From Candidatus Latescibacterota bacterium (GTDB lineage: Bacteria > Latescibacterota > UBA2968 > UBA8231): a DNA stretch of 64,000 nt. The notes beneath the pieces were generated by a model. That model saw only the letters and a list, made by a program, of their open reading frames with translations. It made no database searches and was not told the DNA's origin. How positions within the stretch are numbered: position 1 is the stretch's first letter; each line of letters opens with the position of its first letter. This document shows, in pieces, positions 8,219-18,709 of the stretch. The stretch covers positions 992,001 to 1,056,000 of the forward strand of contig OZ220089.1 of NCBI GenBank assembly GCA_964291625.2, written 5' to 3'. The position numbers and the translations under genes are program-made.

Positions 8219-9286
8219 TCACGCGGGGGCCGCGCCCCACGCCTCCCTGAGCCGGCGGACCCAGTTGCCGTGCATGATGCCGGCGATCTCATCCGTCCCG
8301 TAGCCTCGCTCCTCCAGGAGCGCCGGGATGCGCTGCAGGTCGGCGATCGTCTCCATGTCGGCGGGGCTCTGCTCCTTGCCGTAGCCGCCGTCGAGGTCGG
8401 TGCCGATGGCGGCGTGGCGGGCGTTGCCGGCCAGCTGGCAGATGTGGTCGATGTGGTCGACCACCGTGGAGAGGGTGATGCCGGTGTTGTCGGCCGCCTC
8501 GTGGTCCCACAGGGGCGAGAGCATCCAGTCGTCGAAGGCGATGCCGACGACGCCGCCGCGCTCCACCAGCGCCTGGATCTGGCGGTCGTCGAGCTGGCGG
8601 TCGTGGTCGCACAGGGCGCGGCAGCAGTTGTGGGTGGCGATGACGGGCCCGCCGAAGACCTCGAGGGCCTCCCGGAAGGCCTGCTCCGCCAGGTGGCTGA
8701 CGTCGAGGACCATGCCGGCCTGGTCGAGGGCCCGGAGCATCGGCGCCCCTCTCGGCGTCAGGCCGCCGGGGGCCTGGGTGCCGTGGGAGTAGGCGCTGAC
8801 GCCGTAGTGGCAGAGGCTGACGACGCGCAGGCCCTCGTCCCACCACTCCCCCACCTGGTCCTCGTCGACGATGCCGTCGGCGCCCTCCATGGCGAGCACG
8901 TACCCGAGGGTGGCCGAGGCGGGGTCCCGCTCCCACTCCCGCAGGTGGGCGTCGAGGCCGGCGGTGTCGCGGACCTGCCTGAGCACCCCCTTGGCCTCCA
9001 TCAGGCGGTAGTAGGCGACCTCGCCGCGGCACTTGGCGTAGGCGATATCCTGGGTGCGCACCCCGGAGAACCGCTTCCCCACCGAGGCCAGGCGGCAGTG
9101 GCAGGTGGCCATGAAGAGGCCGATCCGGCCGCGGCGCAGCTCGCTGAAGCTGACCACGTTGGCGCCCCGCCCCTTGCCGCCCATCCCGGCCTCGGAGGCG
9201 CGGATCGTCTCGATCGGCTGCAGCAGGTCGCGGTCCCACTCCAGGGCGTTGAAGGCGATATCGAGGTGCGAGTCGACGATGAGCAT
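8219..9286 (-). CDS. Membrane dipeptidase (peptidase M19)
   Basis: DSHLD, MEGAD, DVSH, THN, IGTDLDG. Confidence 0.9.
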   Translation of the reverse strand: MLIVDSHLDIAFNALEWDRDLLQPIETIRASEAGMGGKGRGANVVSFSELRRGRIGLFMATCHCRLASVGKRFSGVRTQDIAYAKCRGEVAYYRLMEAKGVLRQVRDTAGLDAHLREWERDPASATLGYVLAMEGADGIVDEDQVGEWWDEGLRVVSLCHYGVSAYSHGTQAPGGLTPRGAPMLRALDQAGMVLDVSHLAEQAFREALEVFGGPVIATHNCCRALCDHDRQLDDRQIQALVERGGVVGIAFDDWMLSPLWDHEAADNTGITLSTVVDHIDHICQLAGNARHAAIGTDLDGGYGKEQSPADMETIADLQRIPALLEERGYGTDEIAGIMHGNWVRRLREAWGAAPA

Positions 9287-9411
9287 GGGCACTGGCTCCT
9301 GAAGGGGGAAGGTGATGGAGTTGTTGGAAAGGCCGGCCCTGGGATACGGAGGAACCGGGGCGCGTCCGGCCTGACCTGCGGGAGACGGGCCCGGACTCGC
9401 AGCCCGTCGTC

Positions 9412-10281
9412 CTAGTGCCCCTCCACCCCGTGGGCGGCGGCGGCCTCCACCAGGCGCAGGGCGTAGGCCAGGCCGATCCCCACGACGAGGGCCAGGATGA
9501 GCTTGCCGCGGTCGTGGCTGTGAAAGTGGATCTCGGGCAGCAGGTCGCTCAGGGCGATGCACAGGAAGGCGCCCGCCGCGAAGGCGAGCACGTAGCCGAC
9601 GGTGGCCGCGGCGCCGAAGGGGTCGAGGAGTCCCACGCCCAGAAAGCTCACCAGCGCCACCAGGGGGCAGAGCAGGGCGAACCCCAGGTTGGCCGCCGAC
9701 AGCGCCCGCCGGCGGTAGCCGGCCGCCTTCATCATGCCGACGATGGAGTAGGCGTCGAGGGGCTTGTGCACCAGGATGACGAGGAAGACGCCCATCCCCG
9801 CCAGGATCTCTCCGCCCGCCTGGGCCGCGCCGAGCCGGACGGTGGTTCCCAGGGCGACTCCCTCGGTCACGGTGTGCACCCCCAGGCCGAAGGCGATGCC
9901 CAGCAGGCGCCGCGGATGCATGCCGGATTCACCCTCCCCCTCCCCCCCGCCATGGCCGTGGCCGTGGCCGTGGTAGTCGCTGGCCTCGTCGCTGAAGTCG
10001 TGTCGGTGGAACTGGAAGATGCGCAGCAGGAAGACCATTAGGAGCATGCCGGCCATGGTCCATCCCACGGCCTTGTTCACCGCGCCGGGCCCCGGGATGT
10101 GCTCCAGGCTGTGGGGCAGGAGATGAAAGATGGCGATGCCGAGGATGAAGCCGGCCACCAGGCTCATCAGCATCTGGGTGCGCAGGTGGGTCATGGTGGC
10201 CAGGGCCGACAGCCTGCCGCCGAGGATGGCGGCGGCGAAGATTCCGGCCGAGTAGACCGACAGGACCAGCAGGGAGCTCAA
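9412..10281 (-). CDS. ZIP-family metal transporter
   Basis: HLLPH, His-rich loop, HTVTEG, HKPLD, SDLLPE. Start approximate (TTG). Confidence 0.85.
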   Translation of the reverse strand: MSSLLVLSVYSAGIFAAAILGGRLSALATMTHLRTQMLMSLVAGFILGIAIFHLLPHSLEHIPGPGAVNKAVGWTMAGMLLMVFLLRIFQFHRHDFSDEASDYHGHGHGHGGGEGEGESGMHPRRLLGIAFGLGVHTVTEGVALGTTVRLGAAQAGGEILAGMGVFLVILVHKPLDAYSIVGMMKAAGYRRRALSAANLGFALLCPLVALVSFLGVGLLDPFGAAATVGYVLAFAAGAFLCIALSDLLPEIHFHSHDRGKLILALVVGIGLAYALRLVEAAAAHGVEGH

Positions 10282-10491
10282 GGTGGACCGAAGGACCGGG
10301 TCGGGGGAACGAAGCGGGTCGGTCCGCCGAGGATGGGGAAGAGGTGTACCGACGATCTCTCCGAGCGCATTCGCCTCTCTCACTCCCAGGCCGTGCCGGG
10401 GACCAGCGGCCATCGCTGGACCCGGCCACGTGGACAGGCCCGAACTCGTGATTTCACTTAAGATAGAGCAATCCCGCCGCCAGGAGACCTC

Positions 10492-11952
10492 ATGCGCATC
10501 GCCACCGGCTCCTTCACCCACGAGTCGAGCACCTTCACCACCGTCGAGACCACCCGCGACAGCTTCCGCACCCAGCGCTTCGGCTACCTGCGGGCCCAGG
10601 AGGTCTTCGAGCGCTTCGACGGCACCAACTCGGCCGTGGGCGGCTTCCTCGCCGGCTGCCGTGAGCACGGCTACGAGCTGATCCCCACCATCTACGCCGG
10701 GGCCCCGCCCAGCGGCCCGGTGCCGCGCGCCGTCTTCGACGAGATCCTCGGCGACCTGCTCGGCCGCATCGAGGCGGCCGGCCCGGTGGACGGCGTCCTC
10801 CTCGACCTCCACGGCGCCATGGTGGCCGAGGGCATCGACGACGGCGAGGGGCACATCCTCGCCGCCGTGCGCCGGGTGGTGGGAGAGGTCCCCGTCATCG
10901 CCCAGTTCGACATCCACTCCAACGTCTCGCCGGCCATGGTCGAGTTCGGCGACGTGCTCATCGGCCACGAGACCTACCCGGAGATCGACCAGGAGGAACG
11001 GGGCCGGGAGTGCGCCGAGGTCATGCGCCGCGTCCTGGAGCACGGCCTGCGGCCGGTGATGGCCCTGAGCCGGATCCCCCTGATGTGGGGCATGAACCAG
11101 GTCACCGCCCACCCGCCGATGCGCCAGCTCATCGAGTACCTCCACCGCATCGAGACGCGGCCCGGGGTGATCTGCGGCTCCGTCGCCACCTGCTTTCCCC
11201 TGGCCGACATCCCCCACATGGGCGCCTCGGTCTACGTGGCCGCCGACGGCGACGCCGAGCTGGCCCAGGGTTGCGCCGACGAGCTGGCCGCCTGGATCTG
11301 GGAGCGCCGGGCCGACTGGCAGGCCCCCATGCCCTCCACCGCCGAGGCGCTGAGGGAGGCCGGGGAGGTCGGGAGATTTCCCGTGGTGCTGGCCGACCGC
11401 AACGACAACACCGGCGGCGGCGCCCCCGGGGACAGCACCGGCATGCTGCGGACCTTCCTGGAGCGGAAGCTCGACCGGGCCTGCATCCTCTACATCGTCG
11501 ACCCCGAGGCCGTGGCCCTCTGCGAGCGGGCCGGCGCCGGGGCCCGCCTGCGGCTGGAGGTGGGCGCGAAGTCGACCCCCCTCCAGGGGCAACCGGTGAC
11601 GATGGACGCCGAGGTCGTCGCCCTCGGCGACGGGCGCTTCCGCTACGAAGGGCCCCGCAACCGGGGGCTGGCCGGCACCATGGGCCCCTCGGCCCACATC
11701 CGCCAGGACGGCGTCCACGTGCTGCTGGTGACCCGGCGGGAGCAGCCCTACGGCGTGGCCTTCTCCCTCACCATGGGGCTCGACCCGCGCCGGATGCGCT
11801 ACGTGGGCGTCAAGTCGGCGGCCCACTTCCGCGGCGGCTTCGAGTCCTGGGCCGGCTGGATCCAGGTCGTCTCCGAGCCCTGCGTGCACAGCCCCGAGGG
11901 GCTCACCTATCGCAACCTGGGCCGCAAGGTCTATCCCCTCGACGACATCTGA
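10492..11952 (+). CDS. M81-family metallopeptidase (MlrC-like)
   Basis: HESSTF, LDLHGAMV, DIHSN, DNTGGG, KSAAHFR. Confidence 0.9.
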   Translation: MRIATGSFTHESSTFTTVETTRDSFRTQRFGYLRAQEVFERFDGTNSAVGGFLAGCREHGYELIPTIYAGAPPSGPVPRAVFDEILGDLLGRIEAAGPVDGVLLDLHGAMVAEGIDDGEGHILAAVRRVVGEVPVIAQFDIHSNVSPAMVEFGDVLIGHETYPEIDQEERGRECAEVMRRVLEHGLRPVMALSRIPLMWGMNQVTAHPPMRQLIEYLHRIETRPGVICGSVATCFPLADIPHMGASVYVAADGDAELAQGCADELAAWIWERRADWQAPMPSTAEALREAGEVGRFPVVLADRNDNTGGGAPGDSTGMLRTFLERKLDRACILYIVDPEAVALCERAGAGARLRLEVGAKSTPLQGQPVTMDAEVVALGDGRFRYEGPRNRGLAGTMGPSAHIRQDGVHVLLVTRREQPYGVAFSLTMGLDPRRMRYVGVKSAAHFRGGFESWAGWIQVVSEPCVHSPEGLTYRNLGRKVYPLDDI

Positions 11953-11961
11953 AGGCACGCC

Positions 11962-13074
11962 ATGCCCCCGCGTCTCATCTTCGACGGCGACTACCCCATG
12001 GCCATCGGCGCCCTGGACATGGACCGCGACCTCACCCGCCCCATCGAGGAGGTCCGCGCCGCCGAGCCCCGGAGCCGGGGCTACCGCCGCTGGCCCGACA
12101 GCGAGACCATGGCCAGCCTGCCCGAGATGCGCCGCGGGCGCATCGCCGCGGCCCTGGTCAAGGCCGTGGGCCGGGTGCAGCGGTCGGAGATCATCTGGGG
12201 ATACCGCAGCCCCGAGAACGCCTGCGCCGCGGCCCTGGGCCAGATCGCCTACTACCGCCTCCTCGAGCAGCGGGGGGAGGTCCGCATCCTGCGCACGGCC
12301 GCGGACCTGCGGGCCCACACCGCCGCCTGGCAGGCCGCCCCCGGCGGCGAGCTGCCCGTGGGCCTCGTCCTCGGCCTGGAGGGGGCCGACCCCGTCCTCT
12401 GGCCGGGCCACCTGACGGACTGGTGGGACCAGGGCCTGCGGGTGATCAGCCTCTCCCACTACGGCCCCAGCGCCTACTGCCACGGCACCGGCACCGGCAC
12501 GCAGAAGGGGCTCCTGCCGCCGGCGCCGGAGCTGCTCGAGGAGATGGACCGGCTCGGCTTCGTCCTCGATCTCACCCACGCCTCCGACGCCTCGGTGCGC
12601 CAGGCCCTGGAACTATTCCCCGGCCCCATCGTCGCCACCCACCAGAACTGCCGGGCCCTGGTCCCGGGGGAGCGGCAGTTCCCCGACGACCAGCTGCGGG
12701 CGATCATCGACCGCGGCGGCGTCATCGGCGTCTCCATGGACACCTGGATGCTCTACAGGCCCGGCGTCGACTGGGCGCACATCCCGCCCCGCCGCGAGGT
12801 CTTCGAGCGCCGCGAGGTCACCCTGCACGACCTGGCCGACCACATCGACCACATCTGCCAGCTCGCCGGCGACGCCCGCCACGCCGGCATCGGCGGCGAC
12901 ACCGACGGCCAGGGGGGCCGCGAGGGCGCCCCCTGGGAGATCGACACGGTGGCCGACTACCAGAAGGTGGGCGGCGTCCTGGAGGGACGGGGCTACGGGG
13001 AGGAAGAGATCGCCGGCATTCTCTACGGCAACTGGCAGCGCTTCTTCGAGGCCCACCTGCCCGACTCCGGATGA
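11962..13074 (+). CDS. Peptidase M19 paralogue with altered first metal motif
   Basis: LEGAD, DLTH, THQN and GGDTDG are retained, but the N-terminus reads DGDYP instead of DxHxD. Confidence 0.85.
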   Translation: MPPRLIFDGDYPMAIGALDMDRDLTRPIEEVRAAEPRSRGYRRWPDSETMASLPEMRRGRIAAALVKAVGRVQRSEIIWGYRSPENACAAALGQIAYYRLLEQRGEVRILRTAADLRAHTAAWQAAPGGELPVGLVLGLEGADPVLWPGHLTDWWDQGLRVISLSHYGPSAYCHGTGTGTQKGLLPPAPELLEEMDRLGFVLDLTHASDASVRQALELFPGPIVATHQNCRALVPGERQFPDDQLRAIIDRGGVIGVSMDTWMLYRPGVDWAHIPPRREVFERREVTLHDLADHIDHICQLAGDARHAGIGGDTDGQGGREGAPWEIDTVADYQKVGGVLEGRGYGEEEIAGILYGNWQRFFEAHLPDSG

Positions 13075-14540
13075 CGATGGCGGTAGAGAGAACGCCCCCC
13101 GCCGTCGAGCGCGGCCAGGCCCAGTTGTTCCTCGACGATGAGGGCCTCGCCGAGCGCAGGAACGTGACCCGCCGGTGGCACCGGCTGCGCAAGCACCCGG
13201 CCAACCCCCTCTTCACGCGCTCCGGCGAGGAGGCGCAGGTCTACCTCTCGGGGACGGTCCTCCACGAGCCGGAGCCCGGCGGCAGCGAGCCTCTCTTCCG
13301 CATGTGGTACTACGCCCGGTCCGAGAAGGTCCGCTGGGTCGCCTACGCCCGCAGCCGCGACGGCATCCGCTGGGAGAAGCCGGACCTCGGAGTCCTGCCC
13401 GCCGGCCGGGGGCTGCCGGGAAACGCCGTCTTCGCCCCCCCGGGGTGGCGGCTCATCGACTTCTCCGGTCTCGTCAAGGACCCCCGCCCCGGCGCCGCGG
13501 ACGAGGAGCGCTACAAGCTGATCGTCTCCGCCGACACCCGCGGCGCCGTGGAGATCGACGAGCCCCTGGAGGGCCTGGAGGGGAAGCACTTCGTCCGCGG
13601 CACCTCCCCCGACGGCTGGCGCTGGACCTTCCACGGCGCCTTCAAGCCCGCCATGCCCACCTACCCCGACCGAGGCTGCCTCACCTGGGACCCCTTCCGC
13701 GAAGAGTTCACCCAGTTCGGCCGGTCGCGCCACACGCCGCCGGAGCTGGTGGAGCGGGGAGGTCCCAACTATGCCGGCCGCGCCGTGGGACGGGGGACGA
13801 GCGCCGACTTCGAGAGCTGGTCGGAGGACTGGCCCCACGTCATGCACGCCACCGGCGAAGACCCGGACGGCACCGAGATCTACGGCTGCTCCGCCTTCCC
13901 CGCCGGCGGTCAGTGGATCGCCCTGACCCAGATGCACCACTCCCTGCCCCACCTCGCCTTCATCGACATGGCGATCTCCCACTCGCGGGACGGCGTCGAC
14001 TGGACGCGGGAGGACCACGTGGTGTTGCCCGGCGGCGACGTGGGGGACTGGGACCGCTTCAACCAGTGCACGGCCACCGCGCCCCTGCGCGTGGGCGACG
14101 AGCTGTGGGTCTACTACTGCGGCCGCTCCTTCCGCCACCGCGAGTACCTCGGCTGCCCCGAGTGGAGGCCGGAGATCCCCCGCGGCGACAGCGGTCCGAA
14201 CTTCGCCAGGATCGGCCTGGCCGCGATCCGCCTCGACGGCTGGTGCAGCCTGGCGGCCGGGTACGACGGCGGCGACGTGGTCACCGGGCCGGTGGTCCTG
14301 CCCGCCGGCGGGCTGCGGGTGAATGCGAGGTCCCCGTGGGGGGCGGTGACCGTGGAGGTCCTGGACGAAGGGGGGAACCCGATCCCCGGGGTGGCGCGGT
14401 CGGCCCCCGTCTCCGCCGACGGCGTGGACCTGCAGGTGGAGTGGCCCGGCGGCGCGGCCCTGGACAGCCTCCGGGGGAGGCCGGTGCGGCTGCGGTTCAC
14501 CCTCGAGAACGCCCACCTCTACTCGTGGAGGATCGCATGA
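13071..14540 (+). CDS. Hypothetical glycoside-hydrolase-like beta-propeller protein
   Basis: QLFLDD, KHPANP, RMWY, repeated SxDGxxW boxes, RLDG and a C-terminal beta-sandwich. Confidence 0.65.
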   Translation: MTMAVERTPPAVERGQAQLFLDDEGLAERRNVTRRWHRLRKHPANPLFTRSGEEAQVYLSGTVLHEPEPGGSEPLFRMWYYARSEKVRWVAYARSRDGIRWEKPDLGVLPAGRGLPGNAVFAPPGWRLIDFSGLVKDPRPGAADEERYKLIVSADTRGAVEIDEPLEGLEGKHFVRGTSPDGWRWTFHGAFKPAMPTYPDRGCLTWDPFREEFTQFGRSRHTPPELVERGGPNYAGRAVGRGTSADFESWSEDWPHVMHATGEDPDGTEIYGCSAFPAGGQWIALTQMHHSLPHLAFIDMAISHSRDGVDWTREDHVVLPGGDVGDWDRFNQCTATAPLRVGDELWVYYCGRSFRHREYLGCPEWRPEIPRGDSGPNFARIGLAAIRLDGWCSLAAGYDGGDVVTGPVVLPAGGLRVNARSPWGAVTVEVLDEGGNPIPGVARSAPVSADGVDLQVEWPGGAALDSLRGRPVRLRFTLENAHLYSWRIA

Positions 14541-16972
14541 GGCCCGTCCGGGGCGGCGGCATGGCCCGCCCCCTTGCCGCGATCGTGGTCCTCCTCGGTC
14601 TCGCCGCCGGCGCCGGCGCCCAGGGGGAGCGCAAGCACACCCTCAGCGGCTACGTGGAGGACGCCGCCAGCGGCGAGAAGCTGATCGGCGCCGTGCTGCA
14701 CGAGCCCGACCTGCGCCAGGGCACCACCACCAACCGCTACGGCTTCTTCAGCCTCACCCTGCCCGCCGGCCCGCGGCGGGTGGTGGTCTCCCACATCGGC
14801 TACCAGAGCGACACCCTCGCGACCCCGCTCGAGGGGGACCTGCAACTGAACATCGCCCTCGAGCCGGAGGCCCTGCAGATGGAGGCCGTCGAGGTCGAGG
14901 CCGAGCGGCTCGAACCGATCCAGATGGAGAGCCGCATGAGCGTCGTGCAGGTGCCGGTGCGGCAGATCAAGAGCGCCCCCGTCCTCATGGGCGAGGTCGA
15001 CGTGCTCAAGACCCTGCAGCTGCTGCCCGGCGTGCAGTCCGGCGCCGAAGGCATGAGCGGCCTCTACGTGCGCGGCGGCAGCCCCGACCAGAACCTCATC
15101 CTCCTCGACGACGCCCCGGTCTACAACGTCTCCCACCTCTTCGGCTTCTTCTCCGTCTTCAACGCCGACGCCATCAAGAACGTGCAGCTCACCAAGGCCG
15201 GCTTTCCCGCCCGCTACGGCGGCCGCCTCTCGTCGGTGCTCGAGATCGACATGAAGGACGGCAACATGAAGGAGTTCGAGGCCGAGGGCTCGGTGGGGCT
15301 CATCGCCTCGCAGCTCACCGTGCAGGGGCCGCTGCGCAAGGACCGCACCTCCTTCATCGTCTCCGGGAGGCGCACCTACGCCGACCTGCTGGTCCGCCCC
15401 TTCCTCCGCAGCGACGACCGCGGCGGCTACCACTTCTACGACGTCAACGCCAAGGTCAACCACATCTTCTCGCCCCGCAGCCGGGTCTACCTGAGCTGGT
15501 ACGGCGGCGACGACCGCTTCTGGAGCGAGGTCCGGGACGAGTACGACATGGCCTACGAGAACCGGGATGGCCTGTACCGCGAGGAGGACGCCATCGATGC
15601 CGACTTCGGATGGGGCAACGTCACCTCCACGCTCCGCTGGAACTACCTGTTCAGCAACCGCCTCTTCGGCAACCTCACCGCCATCTACAGCCGCTACCAG
15701 CTCACCACCAGCGTCGACCGCACCACCGAGATCATCGGCGAGCTGCGGGAGACGGAGAGCCTGCGGCTGCGCTACCTCTCCGGCATCCGCGACTGGGGGC
15801 TGAAGCTCGATCTGGACTACATCCCCGACCCCGCCCACTACGTGCGCGCCGGCGGCAGCGCCACCCTGCACACCTACCGCCCCGGGGCGGCGCAGATCAA
15901 GTACGATCGCGTCGACGGCACCCCCGAGGACACGACCCTGACCGCCCGGGTCACCGACGCGGTGGAGTACAGCCTCTACGCCGAGGACGACGTGCGGCTC
16001 ACCAGCCGTCTGAAGGCCAACCTGGGGGTTCACACCTCCGGCTTCCAGGTCGACGGCGAGCTCTACACCTCGCTGCAGCCGCGGCTGTCGGTGCGCTACC
16101 TGCTGCCTTCGGACTGGGCCGTGAAAGCCTCGTACGCCCGCATGCGCCAGTACATCCACCTGCTCTCCAACAGCACCGTCGGCCTGCCCACCGACCTGTG
16201 GCTGCCGGCCACCGAGCGCGTGCGCCCACAGCGGTCGCAACAGGTCGGCGTCGGCCTGGCCCGCCAGCTCAGGGAGCAGTACGAGTTCAGCGTCGAGGGC
16301 TACTACAAGACCATGGACGAGCTCATCGAGTACCGCGAGGGGGCCAGCTTCCTCGTCGGCTTCGGCGAGAGCGAGGACTGGCAGGACAAGGTCGAGACCG
16401 GACGCGGGTGGTCGTACGGCGCCGAGCTGTTCGTCCAGAAGAAGAGGGGCCGCACCACCGGCTGGGCCGGCTACACCCTCTCCTGGACCCGGCGGCGCTT
16501 CGACGGGCTGAACGAGGGCCGGTCCTTCCCCTACCGCTACGACCGCCGTCACGACGCCTCCCTCGTCCTCTCCCACCAGGTGTCGAGGTCCCTCTCCCTC
16601 TCCCTCACCTGGGTCTACGGGACGGGCCAGGCCGTGACCCTTCCCCTGGCCCGCTACCACAGCGACCCCATCGGTCCCGGCTCCCTCCGGTTGCCCCGGC
16701 GCGACCTGCCCTACGAGACCGTGGTCTACGCGGAGCGCAACGGCTACCGGATGTCCGCCTTCCACCACCTCGACCTCAGCCTGAATCTCGGCGGCTACGG
16801 ACAGGGGGGGCGGCATGGGTTCAGCTTCGGCGTGTACAACGCCTACAATCGCAGGAACCCCTTCTTCATCTACTTCGAGGAACGCTCGAACCGGGATGCC
16901 CGATGGTTCCGGGCCAAGCAGGTGAGCCTCTTCCCTCTCCTTCCCTGGATCAACTACAGGTTCAAGTATTGA
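14537..16972 (+). CDS. TonB-dependent receptor
   Basis: Signal peptide, CarboxypepD-like N-domain, LQLLPGVQ..YVRGGSPDQN plug, YGGRLSSV, aromatic C-terminus. Alternative start at 14561. Confidence 0.9.
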   Translation: MRPVRGGGMARPLAAIVVLLGLAAGAGAQGERKHTLSGYVEDAASGEKLIGAVLHEPDLRQGTTTNRYGFFSLTLPAGPRRVVVSHIGYQSDTLATPLEGDLQLNIALEPEALQMEAVEVEAERLEPIQMESRMSVVQVPVRQIKSAPVLMGEVDVLKTLQLLPGVQSGAEGMSGLYVRGGSPDQNLILLDDAPVYNVSHLFGFFSVFNADAIKNVQLTKAGFPARYGGRLSSVLEIDMKDGNMKEFEAEGSVGLIASQLTVQGPLRKDRTSFIVSGRRTYADLLVRPFLRSDDRGGYHFYDVNAKVNHIFSPRSRVYLSWYGGDDRFWSEVRDEYDMAYENRDGLYREEDAIDADFGWGNVTSTLRWNYLFSNRLFGNLTAIYSRYQLTTSVDRTTEIIGELRETESLRLRYLSGIRDWGLKLDLDYIPDPAHYVRAGGSATLHTYRPGAAQIKYDRVDGTPEDTTLTARVTDAVEYSLYAEDDVRLTSRLKANLGVHTSGFQVDGELYTSLQPRLSVRYLLPSDWAVKASYARMRQYIHLLSNSTVGLPTDLWLPATERVRPQRSQQVGVGLARQLREQYEFSVEGYYKTMDELIEYREGASFLVGFGESEDWQDKVETGRGWSYGAELFVQKKRGRTTGWAGYTLSWTRRRFDGLNEGRSFPYRYDRRHDASLVLSHQVSRSLSLSLTWVYGTGQAVTLPLARYHSDPIGPGSLRLPRRDLPYETVVYAERNGYRMSAFHHLDLSLNLGGYGQGGRHGFSFGVYNAYNRRNPFFIYFEERSNRDARWFRAKQVSLFPLLPWINYRFKY

Positions 16973-16989
16973 ACTCCACGGCCCTCGCG

Positions 16990-17925
16990 ATGAAAGGCGC
17001 CCGGCGCCTCCTCCCGCTCCTGATCGCCCTCTCCGCGTGCGAGCAGGTGATCGAGCCCGACCTGCCCGATCACACCCCGCGGCTGGTGGTGCATTCCCTG
17101 TTCACCTCCGACGGCGGCTGGAGCGCCCACGTGGGCCGCTCCACCGGAATTCTCCAGCCCCTGCCCCACGTCGACCGGGCGGTGGCCGATGCCGACGTGA
17201 GACTGCTGACGGGAGAGCGGGTCGTGGGCGAGCTGAGGTTCGACGAGGCGGCCCAGGTCTACGTGCTCGATGACGGCGGCCTGCAGGCAGGGGAGACGTA
17301 CTCCCTTCAGGTATCGGCCCCCGGCTTCGAGACGGCCCGGGCCACCGACACCGTGCCCGTGCCCGTGCCGACCTCGGTCCGGCCCGGGAGCCGCGGCGGC
17401 TTCTCGATCGAGCTCGAGCTCCAGGACCCTCCCGGCGAGGCGAACTACTACCAGGTCAGCCTGTACCTCGTCTTCCCCGGGAGAGGGGCGACGAGGGTGG
17501 AAGGACTCCTGTCGACGAGGGACCCCTCGATCATGGCGGACAGCCGGGGCGACGACTCTCCGGTCGAAGAGGGGAGCTTCGAAGGCCCGGCGCCGTACTT
17601 CAGGGACACCCTCTTCGACGGCCAGACCCACCAGATCGAGCTGAACTACGCCGGAGACTGGGTCGAGGGACTGGGGAGGATCATCCGGGAGGAGGAGGAG
17701 CTGGAGGAGGAGCAGGACGACCCGGAGCACGCCGGCTCCACGGCCTACCTCCAGGTCCTGTACATCAGCGAGACCTACTACGAGTATCTCAAGACCGCCC
17801 GGCTCCACGACGAGATCCGCGAGAATCCCTTCGCCGAGCCCCTGAACGTGCACGGCAACGTCGAGAACGGGTACGGCATCTTCGCCGGGTACAGCTCGCG
17901 GACCTTCGAGTTCACGGTCGAGTGA
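16990..17925 (+). CDS. DUF4249-like lipoprotein
   Basis: Lipobox LSAC, DPPGEANYY, NPFAEP..GNVENGYGIFAG; follows a TonB receptor. Confidence 0.8.
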   Translation: MKGARRLLPLLIALSACEQVIEPDLPDHTPRLVVHSLFTSDGGWSAHVGRSTGILQPLPHVDRAVADADVRLLTGERVVGELRFDEAAQVYVLDDGGLQAGETYSLQVSAPGFETARATDTVPVPVPTSVRPGSRGGFSIELELQDPPGEANYYQVSLYLVFPGRGATRVEGLLSTRDPSIMADSRGDDSPVEEGSFEGPAPYFRDTLFDGQTHQIELNYAGDWVEGLGRIIREEEELEEEQDDPEHAGSTAYLQVLYISETYYEYLKTARLHDEIRENPFAEPLNVHGNVENGYGIFAGYSSRTFEFTVE

Positions 17926-18032
17926 GAGCGGAGGAGAGCGGCGGTCGCCGTCCGCCCCTCCCCGAGTGGTACATGTCCTCTGAACCGAGGCGCCGGAGCG
18001 AGCAGGCACGCTCGGAGCCTGTTCCCGCGGTA

Positions 18033-18048
18033 TATAATGCTTATTATA
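18033..18048 (+). promoter_or_regulatory. -10 box embedded in a palindromic operator of the TA operon
   Basis: TATAAT-GCTT-ATTATA, about 30 nt upstream of the antitoxin start. Confidence 0.7.
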
Positions 18049-18077
18049 AGCCAGCCCCCTAACCGCAAGGTGCAAGA

Positions 18078-18305
18078 GTGCTCTCCTTCAAAGTGACCAC
18101 CGTCGGCGCGTCGTCGGGAATCATCCTCACAAAGGCCGCGATGGCGCAGCTGAGGGTCAGGAAGGGCGACACCCTCTATCTGACCGAGGCGCCGGACGGG
18201 GGATACCGGATCACCCCCTACGACCCGGTGTTCGCCCGCCAGATGGCACTGGCCGAAGAGATCATGCACGACGACCGTGAGGTGCTCCGGGCGCTGGCGA
18301 AGTGA
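18078..18305 (+). CDS. AbrB/MazE-family antitoxin
   Basis: KVTTVGASSGIIL..GDTLYL..REVLRALAK; GTGA overlap with the toxin gene. Confidence 0.85.
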   Translation: MLSFKVTTVGASSGIILTKAAMAQLRVRKGDTLYLTEAPDGGYRITPYDPVFARQMALAEEIMHDDREVLRALAK

Positions 18306-18709
18306 GCCAGGGGGATTCCGGGGCGCAGCCATCGTGGCGTTGGGTTGACGTCTCCGTCGTCCTTGCGATCCACGACCGTCAGCTCGGCGAGCACGGCGGA
18401 GCGGATGGGATCCGCGACCTGGGGCTGGTCGAGTCCGCCCTCGCCCGTCCCGTCAACCTCGCAACCTACGCAGACCCGGATGCGGCCGAGTTGGCCGCGG
18501 CCTATGCCTGGGGCCTGGCCAGGAACCACGGCTTCGTCGACGGCAACAAGCGCACCGCCTGGGTCGTCGCCCGCCTGTTCCTGGCCGACAACGGATGTGG
18601 CTTCGAGTTCGAGGCCCTGGACGCAATCCGCCTCATGGAAAGTGTGGCCGCCGGCAACATCGAGGAGGCGGCGCTCGCCGCTTGGTTCCGGTCCCGCGTC
18701 AAGAGTTGA
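18302..18709 (+). CDS. doc: Death-on-curing (Fic/Doc) toxin
   Basis: HGG..GIRD..ESALARP and the Fic motif HGFVDGNKR. Confidence 0.92.
   Translation: MSQGDSGAQPSWRWVDVSVVLAIHDRQLGEHGGADGIRDLGLVESALARPVNLATYADPDAAELAAAYAWGLARNHGFVDGNKRTAWVVARLFLADNGCGFEFEALDAIRLMESVAAGNIEEAALAAWFRSRVKS

Noticed and set aside
10282-10491. Metal-sensing riboswitch upstream of the ZIP transporter
   Set aside because: A hairpin is present, but I see no yybP-ykoY or NiCo consensus.
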